Shown one piece after another: positions 16,244 to 27,352 of a stretch of 64,000 bases of DNA. Under the pieces are notes generated by a model. That model was not told the DNA's origin. It was given only the letters and a program-made list of their open reading frames with translations, and did not search any database. The position numbers and the translations under genes are program-made. Within the stretch, counting starts at the first letter, position 1; the number at the start of each line of letters is the position of its first letter. Location: NCBI GenBank assembly GCA_046347205.1, contig JAXMGN010000002.1, positions 670,224-734,223 on the forward strand. Direction: 5' to 3'. This DNA comes from Pseudomonadales bacterium. Its GTDB lineage: Bacteria; Pseudomonadota; Gammaproteobacteria; Pseudomonadales; UBA7239.

Positions 16244-16950
16244 TCGCCGCCTCCACGCGTTACTGAATGCGCTTGACGATGCAAAATACTTGAAAACTCT
16301 TCAGAAAAAGTTTCGTAGCGCGCTAACTGACGGTTCAATCTTGCCGTGTAGCGGTTGTAAGCAATAACGGCAGGAATGGCGGCAAACAAACCAATGCCTG
16401 TAGCAAACAAAGCTTCAGAAATACCTGGCGCGACGACAGCGAGCGTCGCCTGCTTCATCGCTGCCAAACCGTGAAAAGAATCCATAATGCCCAACACGGT
16501 GCCAAACAAGCCGATATACGGGCTAGCCGATGCCACGTTCGCCAAGAATGGCAAATGCTTTTCTAAATATTCTTCCTCACGCGCTAAGGCAACACGCATA
16601 GCACGCTGCGTGCCTTCCATTACAGCATCTGGCTCTACACCACGCTGCTTGCGCAAACGCGAAAACTCTTTAAACCCTGCACGAAAAATACTTTCCAAAC
16701 CACTCACTTCGCCATGGTGAGCGCGATCATTACCTTCGTTATACAAACGCCCCAGATCAATACCCGACCAAAACGCCTGCTCGAATTGGTGGAAGCTGAT
16801 TTCTGCATCACGGTAATCGCGCCAGCGGCGAACAATCATTGCCCACGACACCAAGGACGCACCCAGCAATACCAAAATCACCATTTTGATAGGCAACGCA
16901 GCGTGCATAAACAACCCGAATAACGACAGCGATTGATTAGCTGTTTCCAC
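16240..16950 (-). CDS. tolQ: Tol-Pal system protein TolQ (MotA/TolQ/ExbB channel)
   Basis: 236 aa with three TM segments and the conserved C-terminal channel region PYIGLFGTVLGIM. Confidence 0.9.
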   Translation of the reverse strand: METANQSLSLFGLFMHAALPIKMVILVLLGASLVSWAMIVRRWRDYRDAEISFHQFEQAFWSGIDLGRLYNEGNDRAHHGEVSGLESIFRAGFKEFSRLRKQRGVEPDAVMEGTQRAMRVALAREEEYLEKHLPFLANVASASPYIGLFGTVLGIMDSFHGLAAMKQATLAVVAPGISEALFATGIGLFAAIPAVIAYNRYTARLNRQLARYETFSEEFSSILHRQAHSVTRGGGE

Positions 16951-16993
16951 GGTATTTCCCCCTTAAACAAACGCGCTGATACAGCGCCAAACT

Positions 16994-17395
16994 TTACGGA
17001 TTCAACTGTTTCACTTGCTCAAACATAGCATCTGGCATAGCGCACGGTTTTTGCGTTGCGCGATCCACACAGGCGATACGAACTTCCCCGCGACACAGCA
17101 GCTCCCCCCCACGGAAAACTGACTGTTCAAATGTGATATTGCTGCGCGCCACTTTCAGCGGTACGGCAGTGACGCTCAATTCATCATCCAACCGCGCCGC
17201 GCCAAGATACTGCACATTGGCGGAATGCACCACAAACATTTTATCGTCAGAAAAAATAGCCGTTTTGCCGTAACCCAGTGCGCGCATAAACTCTGTGCGT
17301 GCACGCTCCATAAACTTCAAATAATTGACGTAGTAAACAATTCCACCAGCATCGGTGTCTTCAATGTAGACACGCACAGTGACTGCAAAGTTCAC
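16994..17395 (-). CDS. ybgC: tol-pal-associated acyl-CoA thioesterase YbgC
   Basis: 4HBT hot-dog motif [20 protein letters not shown]. Lies upstream of tolQ. Confidence 0.9.
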   Translation of the reverse strand: MNFAVTVRVYIEDTDAGGIVYYVNYLKFMERARTEFMRALGYGKTAIFSDDKMFVVHSANVQYLGAARLDDELSVTAVPLKVARSNITFEQSVFRGGELLCRGEVRIACVDRATQKPCAMPDAMFEQVKQLNP

Positions 17396-18426
17396 AGCTC
17401 ACCCCGCTGCGGCGGCGTAATCCCCAAATGCGCGTAAGCCAACTTAGTGGCCGTGCGCCCACGCGGTGTGCGGTTTAGGTATCCCTGCTGAATCAAATAC
17501 GGCTCCAGCACTTCCTCGATAGTATCGCGCTCCTCGCTGATGGCAGCGGCGAGGCTCTCCACCCCCACAGGACCACCATCAAACTTCTCAATAATGGCTA
17601 GCAGTAAACGGCGATCCATCGCGTCGCAACCCAAGTGATCCACGCCCAGCATGTGCAAAGCGGCATCGGCAATAGCGGTACTCACGCTGCCGCGATTTTT
17701 GACATCAGCCACGTCGCGTACACGGCGCAATAAGCGGTTGGCAATACGCGGCGTGCCACGTGCACGGCGGGCAATTTCTGCCGCACTGCCCGTTTCCATT
17801 TGCATACCGAGCAAATGCGCCGAACGCGCCACAATCGATGTCAAATCATCAACGCTGTAAAACTCCAAGCGCTGCACAATGCCAAAGCGATCGCGCAGCG
17901 GCGAAGTCAGTAACCCTGCACGCGTGGTGGCTCCCACCAAGGTAAACGGCGGCAAATCCAACTTGATGGAACGCGCAGCCGGCCCTTCGCCGATCATGAT
18001 GTCCAGTTGGTAGTCTTCCATCGCGGGATACAGAATTTCCTCCACCACGGGGCTCAGGCGATGGATCTCGTCGATGAACAATACGTCGCCCGGCTCCAAA
18101 CTGGTCATCAAAGCGGCTAAATCGCCCGCTTTTTCCAGCACAGGGCCAGACGTGGTTTTTAGCGCCACGCCCATTTCAGCGGCGATGATATTCGCCAGTG
18201 TGGTCTTGCCTAGCCCCGGAGGGCCAAAGATCAGCGTGTGATCCAACGGCACACTGCGCTGGCGTGCGGCTTGAATAAAAATCTCCATCTGCTCGCGCAC
18301 TTGCGGCTGACCGGCGTAATCGGACAAACGGCGCGGACGAATAGCGCGATCCTGATGATCTTCGCGCTCCTGCGCGGCAGGCGACACCAATTGGCGCGCC
18401 TCAGGAAATTGGTCAATTTCGATCAT
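17392..18426 (-). CDS. ruvB: Holliday junction branch migration helicase RuvB
   Basis: Walker [10 protein letters not shown] and Walker B FIDEIHRL. The start was moved to the internal ATG (MIEIDQFPE...), because the longer ORF adds a Cys-rich leader that RuvB does not normally have. Confidence 0.9.
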   Translation of the reverse strand: MIEIDQFPEARQLVSPAAQEREDHQDRAIRPRRLSDYAGQPQVREQMEIFIQAARQRSVPLDHTLIFGPPGLGKTTLANIIAAEMGVALKTTSGPVLEKAGDLAALMTSLEPGDVLFIDEIHRLSPVVEEILYPAMEDYQLDIMIGEGPAARSIKLDLPPFTLVGATTRAGLLTSPLRDRFGIVQRLEFYSVDDLTSIVARSAHLLGMQMETGSAAEIARRARGTPRIANRLLRRVRDVADVKNRGSVSTAIADAALHMLGVDHLGCDAMDRRLLLAIIEKFDGGPVGVESLAAAISEERDTIEEVLEPYLIQQGYLNRTPRGRTATKLAYAHLGITPPQRGEL

Positions 18427-18589
18427 CGAGTGTACGGCTCCACACGCAGAAAAATAGCAAGAAAAACACGGCTGACAAACGCCGCTCATGCTATCACAAG
18501 CCCTTTGAAAACAAGCCCAATTCCTTGACACTCCCCATAGCCGCGCCTAGCATGCGCCTGCTTTTCCACCCTACCTCAGCAGGCTTTTC

Positions 18590-19552
18590 GTGCTCTCATT
18601 TCATCAAGCCGTCGCAGAAGATTTTGCCGCCGTCAATGCACTGATTATTGAACAGTTGCACTCGCGCGTTGCTTTGGTGGAAAACATCGGGCACTACATT
18701 GTGGATGCGGGCGGCAAACGCTTACGCCCACTGCTCGTGCTTCTTGCTGCACGCAGTCTTGGCTACAACGACAAACAGCATGTGGATATGGCGGCCGTTA
18801 TTGAATTTATTCACACCGCCACGCTGCTGCACGATGATGTGGTGGATGTCTCCGCACTGCGCCGTGGACGCGCCACCGCCAACGCGCAATGGGGCAATGC
18901 GCCCAGTGTATTGGTGGGCGATTTTCTCTACTCGCGTGCGTTTCAAATGCTGGTTGCACTCGGCGATATACAGATCATGCAAATCATGGCCGATACCACC
19001 AACACCATCGCCGAAGGTGAAGTGTTGCAGCTGGTGAATGCGGGCGATCTCAGCACCAACGAAGAGCGTTATCGCCGCGTCATCGCCTGCAAAACGGCGC
19101 AATTATTTGAAGCGGCAGCACACTGTGGCGCCATCATTGCCGGTGCAGACACAGAAACGCAAAAAGAATTCGCGCAATACGGCCACCACCTCGGTATGGC
19201 TTTTCAGCTCATCGATGATGTGCTGGATTACACCGGCGACAGTGCGGAAATGGGCAAAAATATTGGCGATGATTTGGCGGAAGGCAAGCTAACTTTACCG
19301 CTCATTTACACACTGCAATTTGGCGAACCCGCTGATGTGCAATGTATCCGCGATGCCATCGCGCACAAAAACACGGAACATTTGTCACGCATTATTCAGA
19401 TCGTGCAAAACAACGGCGCGCTGCAATACGCCGAACAAGCTGCGCTGCGCGAAGTGGAATCTGCACTCGGCTGTTTGCACACGCTGCCCGCTTCTCGCTA
19501 CCGCGATGAACTCAGTGCGCTGGCACACTTCGCCATCAAACGTCGCACTTGA
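18590..19552 (+). CDS. ispB: octaprenyl diphosphate synthase (polyprenyl synthetase)
   Basis: Two Asp-rich motifs, LLHDDVVD and LIDDVLD. GTG start. Confidence 0.9.
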   Translation: MLSFHQAVAEDFAAVNALIIEQLHSRVALVENIGHYIVDAGGKRLRPLLVLLAARSLGYNDKQHVDMAAVIEFIHTATLLHDDVVDVSALRRGRATANAQWGNAPSVLVGDFLYSRAFQMLVALGDIQIMQIMADTTNTIAEGEVLQLVNAGDLSTNEERYRRVIACKTAQLFEAAAHCGAIIAGADTETQKEFAQYGHHLGMAFQLIDDVLDYTGDSAEMGKNIGDDLAEGKLTLPLIYTLQFGEPADVQCIRDAIAHKNTEHLSRIIQIVQNNGALQYAEQAALREVESALGCLHTLPASRYRDELSALAHFAIKRRT

Positions 19553-19604
19553 CGTAACATAAGCAAGGAACACCCTCTGGCATCAGGCATGTAAGGAGCC
19601 TACT

Positions 19605-21239
19605 GTGATTGCACCCACACTTGCACAACGCTTTGCCTGCTGGCCCGATTTACAAACGCACCACCAGCGCCTGCAATCGCAAACACTGCAGCAATTGTTT
19701 GATGACAATCCCGATCGTGCCACACAACACACCATCGAAGCGGCTGGTTTGCGTTTGGATTACTCCAAAAACTTTATCGACGGCGCGTTAATTCATTCTT
19801 TGATGCAGTTGGCACGCCAAGCCAATTTGCCGAATGCCATCACGCAATTATTAACCGGCGGCATAGTAAACAATACCGAGCAACGCCCCGCCATGCACAC
19901 GGCTTTGCGCGCACCCACACCCGCCATTGAAGCGAAAGCCATTCAGCAGGCTTTTGTAAAAATGGAAACGCTGGTCAGCGATATTCACAGTGGAAAATGG
20001 CGTGGCTACAGCGATGAAACCATCACCGATGTTGTCAATATTGGCATTGGCGGCTCTGACCTCGGCCCGCAAATGGCAACGCATGCTCTGAAACCGTTTC
20101 ACACTGGGCATGTGCGTGTGCATTTTGTCTCCAACGTCGATCCGTCTTGCCTGCAAGATTTACTGCAACATTTAGCACCAGCGCGCACTTTGTTTATCGT
20201 TGCGTCAAAATCTTTCACTACTTTAGAAACACTGCAAAACGCAGAAGCCGCACGCCGTTGGTTGCTCGCCGCAGCACCCAATAACCAAGCAACTGCGCGC
20301 CATTTTGTTGCGGTTTCCAGCGCAGTAAAAAAAGCCGCAGATTTTGGTATTGATACCAACAATATTCTGCCGATGTGGGATTGGGTGGGTGGCCGCTATT
20401 CGCTGTGGTCTGCCATCGGTTTGCCGATTGCGCTCGCTGTCGGCATGCCGCATTTTCGCGCCATGCTCAGCGGTGCTCACGCGATGGATGAACATTTTCA
20501 ACACGCTCATCTCGCGCACAATATGCCAGTGATGCTGGGTTTACTCGGCTTTTGGTATCGCCATTTTTGGCAAGCCAGCACCCACGTGGTGTTGCCTTAC
20601 GATCACTATTTGCGTTTTTTTCCTGACTATTTGCAGCAGCTCGACATGGAAAGCAACGGCAAGCACGTCAATCACGCCGGCGCAGATTTACCTTACGCAA
20701 CCGGCCCTGTTATTTGGGGCGCAGTAGGCACCAATGGTCAACACTCGTTTCACCAATTGTTGCACCAAGGCACACACTGCATTCCGGCAGATTTTATTTT
20801 GTCACTGCAATCGCATCATCCTGAATGCAGCGAACAGCATCGTCACTTACTTGCTAACGGTTTGGCGCAAAGTCAGGCATTGATGTGTGGAAAATCGCTG
20901 GCGGCTGTTGAAGCAGAACTGCAGCAACAAGGATTCAACGCTGATGCCATTGCACAACTAGCGCCGCACAAAGTGATTGCCGGAAATCGCCCCAGCAATA
21001 TCATCAGCATGGAACAACTCACGCCGGCAACACTGGGCGCATTGATCGCGCTGTACGAACACAAAGTATATGTGCAGGGCGTATTGTGGGATATCAATTC
21101 GTTTGATCAATGGGGTGTAGAACTGGGCAAGCAACTATCTGGACCTATTTTTGCTGCGCTGTCTGGCGGTGAGAACAGCAGCTTGGATGCCTCTACACAG
21201 GCCAGCATTTCACGCTATCGCCAGCAGTCATCTACATAG
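19605..21239 (+). CDS. pgi: glucose-6-phosphate isomerase
   Basis: 544 aa with the GIGGSDLGP motif and conserved C-terminal QWGVELGK. Confidence 0.95.
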   Translation: MIAPTLAQRFACWPDLQTHHQRLQSQTLQQLFDDNPDRATQHTIEAAGLRLDYSKNFIDGALIHSLMQLARQANLPNAITQLLTGGIVNNTEQRPAMHTALRAPTPAIEAKAIQQAFVKMETLVSDIHSGKWRGYSDETITDVVNIGIGGSDLGPQMATHALKPFHTGHVRVHFVSNVDPSCLQDLLQHLAPARTLFIVASKSFTTLETLQNAEAARRWLLAAAPNNQATARHFVAVSSAVKKAADFGIDTNNILPMWDWVGGRYSLWSAIGLPIALAVGMPHFRAMLSGAHAMDEHFQHAHLAHNMPVMLGLLGFWYRHFWQASTHVVLPYDHYLRFFPDYLQQLDMESNGKHVNHAGADLPYATGPVIWGAVGTNGQHSFHQLLHQGTHCIPADFILSLQSHHPECSEQHRHLLANGLAQSQALMCGKSLAAVEAELQQQGFNADAIAQLAPHKVIAGNRPSNIISMEQLTPATLGALIALYEHKVYVQGVLWDINSFDQWGVELGKQLSGPIFAALSGGENSSLDASTQASISRYRQQSST

Positions 21240-21357
21240 ATCAAGCCTTTTGTCTATTTGGTGAATCGGCTCACATCTCAAACACCAACCATCACACTGA
21301 AATTGCCGCGCTAAAACCATAACTTACACTGACAGAAACCCGCCGGAGCATGCTGTT

Positions 21358-21744
21358 ATGAAAGATAAATTCATCGCCAAGGTGCCTGATTCTTATATCC
21401 CCCATCCGCAGCTGTCTGCACGCACACAATGGGAATGCAGTTTTAATGCCGCCTGCTGGGTGCGCTTATTGCAGGCACGCCCCTGCAAAATCAGCTTGGT
21501 ACTGAAATTTATCGACCAAGACAACATCAGCAAAGAAATCAAAATAGACACCGGCTCCAGTGAGCTGGGCGGTAGCATTTTGCTGTCAGGCTTGGTGCTC
21601 GTCCGAGCAGTTGGCCGAATTGCAGACATGAGCGTGCATCTCGAAGTGCCCGACAACAGCCCTGCTTATGTGGTCGACGAGTTATTTGTGCAAAGCACGG
21701 AGAAATCTGCGGCCAAAGTGCCAAAGTTGGTCACGGTTGCCTAA
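21358..21744 (+). CDS. hypothetical protein
   Basis: 128-aa ORF with an ATG start and core-like composition. No motif recognised. Confidence 0.4.
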   Translation: MKDKFIAKVPDSYIPHPQLSARTQWECSFNAACWVRLLQARPCKISLVLKFIDQDNISKEIKIDTGSSELGGSILLSGLVLVRAVGRIADMSVHLEVPDNSPAYVVDELFVQSTEKSAAKVPKLVTVA

Positions 21745-21765
21745 CGCACGCCATTAAGCAACGCA

Positions 21766-21990
21766 CTAGGCACGACCGACCGCTTCTTGCGGAGGTTCCT
21801 CTTTCCAGAGATTGAGCGCTTCGTTGAGCAGTGATTCAGCGAGACTGCTATTTTCTTCCTGCAAGCTCAGCAATGACACCGGCACAGATTCAAAAACCAA
21901 ACCTGTCAGTCGATTGATACGCTGCAATTCAGCTCGCTCATGTTTTGCACGAAGAGTCGCCACCTTGCTGTTCTCGTTCATGACCACCAC
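21766..21990 (-). CDS. hypothetical small protein (possibly coiled coil)
   Basis: 74-aa ORF convergent with the previous one. No motif recognised, so it may not be a real gene. Confidence 0.3.
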   Translation of the reverse strand: MVVMNENSKVATLRAKHERAELQRINRLTGLVFESVPVSLLSLQEENSSLAESLLNEALNLWKEEPPQEAVGRA

Positions 21991-22129
21991 TCCTCGCTTC
22001 GCCTTACCTATGAACTAGCGAGATTCGTGCCAACCCCGGCATCACGCGGAAAGCAGCGAGATACCGAGCCAGCACTTGTGAGATGTGGAAAAAATGATCT
22101 TCAGTGACAAAAATTGTCCACCAAATGTG

Positions 22130-23485
22130 TCAGCCGTCCAATAAAGCGACCAATTCATCGCGGCGCTGCTCCATCAACGCCTGATTGCCGCGCGTCTCCA
22201 CGTTCAAACGCACCACCGGCTCGGTGTTGGACATGCGCAAATTGAAACGCCAATCGGCAAATTCCAAACTCAAACCATCGGTATTGTCTTCGTGCAGAGC
22301 TTCAGCGATATAGCGGTCACGCGCCCGTGCAATGGCGGCTTTGGGATCGGCAATTTCGCGGTTGATTTCACCGCTGACGGGGTAGGCACGCATGCGCTCC
22401 TCCACCAATTGCGACAGCGGTTTGCCACTGCTGCACACCAAACCGGCGACCAACAGCCACGGAATCATGCCGGAGTCGCAGTAGGCAAAATCACGGAAAT
22501 AATGGTGGGCACTCATTTCGCCACCGTAGACCGCATCTTCTTTGCGCATGCGCTCTTTGATAAAAGCGTGACCGGTTTTGCTCTGTACTGCACGACCGCC
22601 AAACTGTTCGCAAATAGCCAATGTATTCCACGTCAAACGCGGGTCATGCACAATTGCCGCGCCTTTGTTGTGCGCTAAAAATGCTTCCGCTAACAAGCCA
22701 ACTACGTAGTAACCTTCAATAAAATTGCCTTTTTCATCGAAGAAAAAGCAGCGGTCAAAATCGCCATCCCAAGCAATCCCCATATCCGCGCCCGACGCTT
22801 TCAACGCATCAATGGTGGAACCGCGGTTTTCTTCCAATAGCGGATTCGGCACACCATTGGGAAACGTGCCGTCCGGCTGGTGATGCACTTTGACGAATTG
22901 AAACGGCAAATGTTTTTCCAGCGCATCCATCACCAAACCCGCGCCACCATTGCCTGCGTTGATAACCAATTTCAGCGGTTTTAATTGAGCGCGATCCACA
23001 TAACCCAACAAGTGCTGCACATAGGCATCACGCGTGGATTGTGCTTGATAATTACCTGCTCGCAGCGGTGCAGCAAAATTGCCGCTCTCTGCCAAGGCTT
23101 GAATGTCTTTCAAACCGGTATCGCCACTGATGGGGCGCGAACCTTCGCGCACAAACTTCATGCCGTTGTAATCCATGGGGTTGTGGCTGGCCGTTACTGC
23201 GATGCCGCCATCCATACCCAAATGAAATGTGGCGAAATACACTTCTTCTGTGCCGCATAAACCAATATCAATGACATCCGCGCCCTGCTCGCGCAAACCG
23301 CGCACCAAGGCATCAGACAAAGCTTGGCTAGAAAGACGAATATCATGCCCCACCACCACACTTTTTGCGCCGAGAAACTGCACAAAAGCGCGGCCGATGC
23401 GATAGGCCACATCTTCATTGATTTGATCCGGCACGCGGCCGCGTACGTCGTAGGCTTTGAAACAATTGATTTGAATAGCACTCAT
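22130..23485 (-). CDS. algC: phosphomannomutase/phosphoglucomutase
   Basis: Active-site phosphoserine motif [11 protein letters not shown] and the metal-binding loop DGDFDR. ATG at 23485 is preferred over the upstream TTG. Confidence 0.85.
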   Translation of the reverse strand: MSAIQINCFKAYDVRGRVPDQINEDVAYRIGRAFVQFLGAKSVVVGHDIRLSSQALSDALVRGLREQGADVIDIGLCGTEEVYFATFHLGMDGGIAVTASHNPMDYNGMKFVREGSRPISGDTGLKDIQALAESGNFAAPLRAGNYQAQSTRDAYVQHLLGYVDRAQLKPLKLVINAGNGGAGLVMDALEKHLPFQFVKVHHQPDGTFPNGVPNPLLEENRGSTIDALKASGADMGIAWDGDFDRCFFFDEKGNFIEGYYVVGLLAEAFLAHNKGAAIVHDPRLTWNTLAICEQFGGRAVQSKTGHAFIKERMRKEDAVYGGEMSAHHYFRDFAYCDSGMIPWLLVAGLVCSSGKPLSQLVEERMRAYPVSGEINREIADPKAAIARARDRYIAEALHEDNTDGLSLEFADWRFNLRMSNTEPVVRLNVETRGNQALMEQRRDELVALLDG

Positions 23486-23500
23486 GGAAAATCTCAATGC

Positions 23501-24337
23501 TTATTTAGGTTGACGATAAATATTTTCATAAACATAGTTCGTGGCTTCAATAAAACCTTCCACGCTGCCGCAATCGTAACGCGTGCCTTTGAAGCGATAC
23601 GCCAACACCGCGCCTTCTTGCGCCTGCTGCATCAAAGCATCCGTCAACTGTATTTCACCACCTTTGCCAGGCGGCGTTTTTTCCAGAATATCGAAAATAT
23701 CTGGCGTGAGAATGTAACGACCAATAACAGCTAAATTGCTTGGCGCATCGGCCAGTTTAGGTTTTTCAACCATGTTGGACACGCGGAAAATACCTTCTTT
23801 TAATTTTTCACCTTCTACTACACCAAATTTTTCAATGTCCGCACCGTCCACTTCTTGAATAGCGACGATACTGCACCGAAACTGTTTGTAGAGTTTGACC
23901 ATCTGCGCCATCACGCCCACACCGGCTTCCGGTGGCATGCACAAATCGTCAGATAAAATCACACCAAAGGCTTGATCGCCCACCAAGCGGCGACCCGTGA
24001 GAATTGCGTGTCCTAAACCTTTCATTTCACGTTGACGCGTGAAAGAAAATGATGCGCTATCCATCACGCGCTGAATGCTTTCCAAATATTTTTCTTTGCC
24101 CGTGCCGGCAATTTGATGCTCGAGTTCATAGTTGAGATCGAAGTGATCTTCAATCGCGCGTTTGCCGCGACCCGTCACAAAACAAATTTCATCCAATCCT
24201 GCTTCCAGAGCCTCTTCAACGCCGTATTGCACCAAGGGTTTATTCACTACCGGCAACATTTCTTTCGGCATGGATTTGGTGGCTGGCAAAAAGCGCGTGC
24301 CGTAACCGGCAACAGGGAACAAACATTTATTGATCAT
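23501..24337 (-). CDS. galU: UTP--glucose-1-phosphate uridylyltransferase
   Basis: N-terminal motif FPVAGYGTRFLPATKSMPKEMLPV. Start trimmed to MINKCLFPVAG. Confidence 0.9.
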   Translation of the reverse strand: MINKCLFPVAGYGTRFLPATKSMPKEMLPVVNKPLVQYGVEEALEAGLDEICFVTGRGKRAIEDHFDLNYELEHQIAGTGKEKYLESIQRVMDSASFSFTRQREMKGLGHAILTGRRLVGDQAFGVILSDDLCMPPEAGVGVMAQMVKLYKQFRCSIVAIQEVDGADIEKFGVVEGEKLKEGIFRVSNMVEKPKLADAPSNLAVIGRYILTPDIFDILEKTPPGKGGEIQLTDALMQQAQEGAVLAYRFKGTRYDCGSVEGFIEATNYVYENIYRQPK

Positions 24338-24538
24338 GGAAGGTCCTGTGGATAGAGAATGAACGTGATGGATAAAAAAGCGTTGGAGTTTTGAGACGGA
24401 CAACGGTGCATTAGCATACAGGATTCTGACACGCCTACAATCGACGACAATCAAAGCATTTCAGCGGCTTTCTCTGGACAAGTACGCACCACTCGCTAAA
24501 CTGACGGACTTTTGCCGGCAGGGATCGGGAATACTCAC

Positions 24539-25054
24539 ATGAGCAGACAAAGTGCATTTAATCGCGACGAGCTACTGGCTTGCGGACACGGCGAATTGTT
24601 CGGACCTGGCAACGCGCGACTGCCCGTAGGCAATATGCTAATGGTGGATCGCATCGTGCATATTTCTGAAACAGGCGGCAACTACGGCAAAGGTGAAATC
24701 ATCGCCGAACTGGATATTCACCCTGACCTCTGGTTCTTCGACTGCCACTTTATTTCTGACCCAGTGATGCCCGGTTGCTTGGGGCTGGATGCCATGTGGC
24801 AGTTGGTCGGTTTCTATTTGGGCTGGAAGGGCAATCCGGGGCGCGGGCGAGCACTGGGCTCTGGCGAAGTAAAATTCACTGGGCAAGTGCTGCCCAGCGC
24901 GAAAAAAGTGACCTATCACATCCATCTCAGCCGCGTGATCGAACGCAAGCTGATCATGGGCATTGCGGATGGCGTGATGTCGGTCGATGGTAAAGAGATC
25001 TATCACACCAAAGATCTCAAAGTTGGCTTGTTTACTACTACCGATAATTTCTAA
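24539..25054 (+). CDS. fabA: 3-hydroxydecanoyl-ACP dehydratase/isomerase
   Basis: FabA hot-dog active-site region [24 protein letters not shown]. Followed by fabB. Confidence 0.95.
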   Translation: MSRQSAFNRDELLACGHGELFGPGNARLPVGNMLMVDRIVHISETGGNYGKGEIIAELDIHPDLWFFDCHFISDPVMPGCLGLDAMWQLVGFYLGWKGNPGRGRALGSGEVKFTGQVLPSAKKVTYHIHLSRVIERKLIMGIADGVMSVDGKEIYHTKDLKVGLFTTTDNF

Positions 25055-25137
25055 CCGCTGCGGAGCACCCCTCCGCACAGCACGACTGTTCCGCTGTGCC
25101 ATAATGCCAGCATCCATTGAGCAACGAGGTTTAACGC

Positions 25138-26349
25138 ATGAGACGAGTTGTCGTCACCGGCATGGGTATCACGTCTTGCCTGGGCAACAATGCTGCCGAA
25201 GTCACCCATTCCCTGCGCGAAGGTTTGTCTGGCATCCGCTTTAACGAAACTTACCGCGACATGGGTTTCCGCAGCCATGTCTCTGGCTCCATCGCGCTCA
25301 ACCTAAACGAATTGATTGACCGCAAAATTCTGCGCTTCATGGGCGATGCCGCTGCGTTTGCGTATCTCTCTATGCAACAGGCCATTGCTGATGCCGGTTT
25401 AACACCCGAACAAGTGTCCAACCCGCGCAGTGGTTTGATCATGGGTTCTGGCGGCGCTTCCTCGTCCAATCAAGTAGAAGCGGCTGACATCATGCGCGAA
25501 AAGGGCATCAAGCGCGTCGGCCCTTACCGTGTGACGCAGACCATGGGTTCCACGGTTTCTGCCTGCCTCGCCACGCCGTTTCAAATCAAGGGCGTGAACT
25601 ATTCCATCTCCTCTGCCTGCGCCACCAGCGCACATTGCATCGGCAATGCGATGGAGCTGATTCAACTCGGCAAACAAGACATTATTTTTGCTGGCGGCGG
25701 CGAAGAAGAACATTGGTCGCTGTCTTGCTTGTTTGATGCGATGGGCGCGCTGTCTACGCAATACAACGACACCCCGCAAAAAGCCTCACGCGCTTACGAT
25801 GCCAACCGCGACGGTTTTGTTATCGCCGGTGGCGGCGGCTGTTTGGTGTTGGAAGAATACGAACACGCCAAAGCGCGCGGCGCAAAAATTTATGCGGAAC
25901 TCGTCGGCTACGGCGCAACCAGCGACGGCTATGACATGGTGGCTCCGTCTGGCGAAGGCGCTATGCGCTGCATGCAGCAAGCACTGGCTACCGTGAGCGG
26001 AAACATTGATTACATCAACGCGCACGGCACCAGCACACCCGTGGGTGATCTCGCTGAATTAAAAGCAGTCAAAGCAGCGTTTGGCGATGCGATTCCGCGC
26101 ATCAGTTCCACCAAATCCCTGTCCGGTCACTCGCTCGGCGCAGCCGGTGTGCAAGAAGCGATTTACTCGCTGTTGATGCAGCAGCACAGCTTTATTGCCG
26201 CCTCTGCCAATATCGAAACCATTGATGCCGAAGCAGAAAATATGCCCGTGGTGCGTCAGCGTATCGACAACGTGGATCTGCAACGCGTGATGTCCAACAG
26301 CTTCGGTTTCGGCGGCACCAACGCTACGCTGGTGTTTCAAAAACTCTAA
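25138..26349 (+). CDS. fabB: beta-ketoacyl-ACP synthase I
   Basis: Active-site Cys context [12 protein letters not shown], plus the HGTSTP and GHSLGAAG motifs. Confidence 0.95.
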   Translation: MRRVVVTGMGITSCLGNNAAEVTHSLREGLSGIRFNETYRDMGFRSHVSGSIALNLNELIDRKILRFMGDAAAFAYLSMQQAIADAGLTPEQVSNPRSGLIMGSGGASSSNQVEAADIMREKGIKRVGPYRVTQTMGSTVSACLATPFQIKGVNYSISSACATSAHCIGNAMELIQLGKQDIIFAGGGEEEHWSLSCLFDAMGALSTQYNDTPQKASRAYDANRDGFVIAGGGGCLVLEEYEHAKARGAKIYAELVGYGATSDGYDMVAPSGEGAMRCMQQALATVSGNIDYINAHGTSTPVGDLAELKAVKAAFGDAIPRISSTKSLSGHSLGAAGVQEAIYSLLMQQHSFIAASANIETIDAEAENMPVVRQRIDNVDLQRVMSNSFGFGGTNATLVFQKL

Positions 26350-26367
26350 TTAATAGCGAGCCAAAAC

Positions 26368-27279
26368 ATGAGCGACAATGACACCGTGGAATACTACCCC
26401 GTCAGCGTCGCCCGAGCGGCTTGGTCTGACGAACAAGCGCGTATTCTTTCTGCGCGCTCACGATTCATTGCTGATCTCGAAACAGAACAAGTGTTTGATG
26501 CCACGTCCGAACACTATCTCGCCACTATCAACAATACCGTTGCCGGCTATTTAAGCATTGATAGTGACGGGCACATCAGCCACGCCATTACCCAAACAGA
26601 GCGCGCCAACGATATAGCCGAAGCGCTAATGCGTTGCGCCGTCTTGGACACACCGCAGCGCGGTTTGGCACGGCTCTCTGTACCCACTTCGCATCCTTGG
26701 CACGCTATTTTTTCTGCTTTGGGTTTTTCTACCGAACGCAGCACAAACCCGAGTGTCACCGTACTGTTTTTACCGCCCGATCGCAGTTTTATTGTCAGCG
26801 GTTCGGATTTGGTGAGATTGGAATCCATCGATGCATTTCGCGCGCTGTCTGTTGAGCTTGTGCAGACTGCGCGTTTTGGTTTGCTTATTTTTAGTGAAGA
26901 TTTGGAAGACTGGCTGTACGACAACGATACTTTTGCGGATGCCGTGATGGATTTAGTGCAAAGGCAGCGCAACACGAGCGTGCGTATTTTAGTGCGCGAC
27001 ACCAAGGCACTGCTGGAACGCGGACACCAACTGCTGCGCCTCAGCCATCGCGCCAGCGAAAAAATCCAGATACGCAAACTCCCCACCACCATTGCAGAAA
27101 AATTCCCTAATTATCTGATCACCGATGACAAAGGCCTGCTGTTCAGACCGGACCCTCAAGCCATGCAAGGCATTGGCTATCACGATTACCGTGCGCGCGT
27201 AAAACCTCTACTGGAAGATTTCAAGCAACTGTGGGCGCGCGCAACCACACCGCCAGACTTACGCCAACGCACCTTGTAA
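26368..27279 (+). CDS. hypothetical protein
   Basis: 303-aa ORF starting 18 nt after fabB. The N-terminal third is vaguely acetyltransferase-like, but I see no confident motif. Confidence 0.45.
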   Translation: MSDNDTVEYYPVSVARAAWSDEQARILSARSRFIADLETEQVFDATSEHYLATINNTVAGYLSIDSDGHISHAITQTERANDIAEALMRCAVLDTPQRGLARLSVPTSHPWHAIFSALGFSTERSTNPSVTVLFLPPDRSFIVSGSDLVRLESIDAFRALSVELVQTARFGLLIFSEDLEDWLYDNDTFADAVMDLVQRQRNTSVRILVRDTKALLERGHQLLRLSHRASEKIQIRKLPTTIAEKFPNYLITDDKGLLFRPDPQAMQGIGYHDYRARVKPLLEDFKQLWARATTPPDLRQRTL

Positions 27280-27352
27280 TACACTCCATCAATCCCTCTA
27301 CAGTGCGCCGCTATAATGAGCGCCACTTTCTTGTCCGACTGGAATACACCGC

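Noticed and set aside
18427-18531. Cys-rich 35-residue N-terminal extension of ruvB ([31 protein letters not shown]...)
   Set aside because: RuvB proteins begin near MIE..D; the extension has no RBS context and looks like chance translation of the promoter region.
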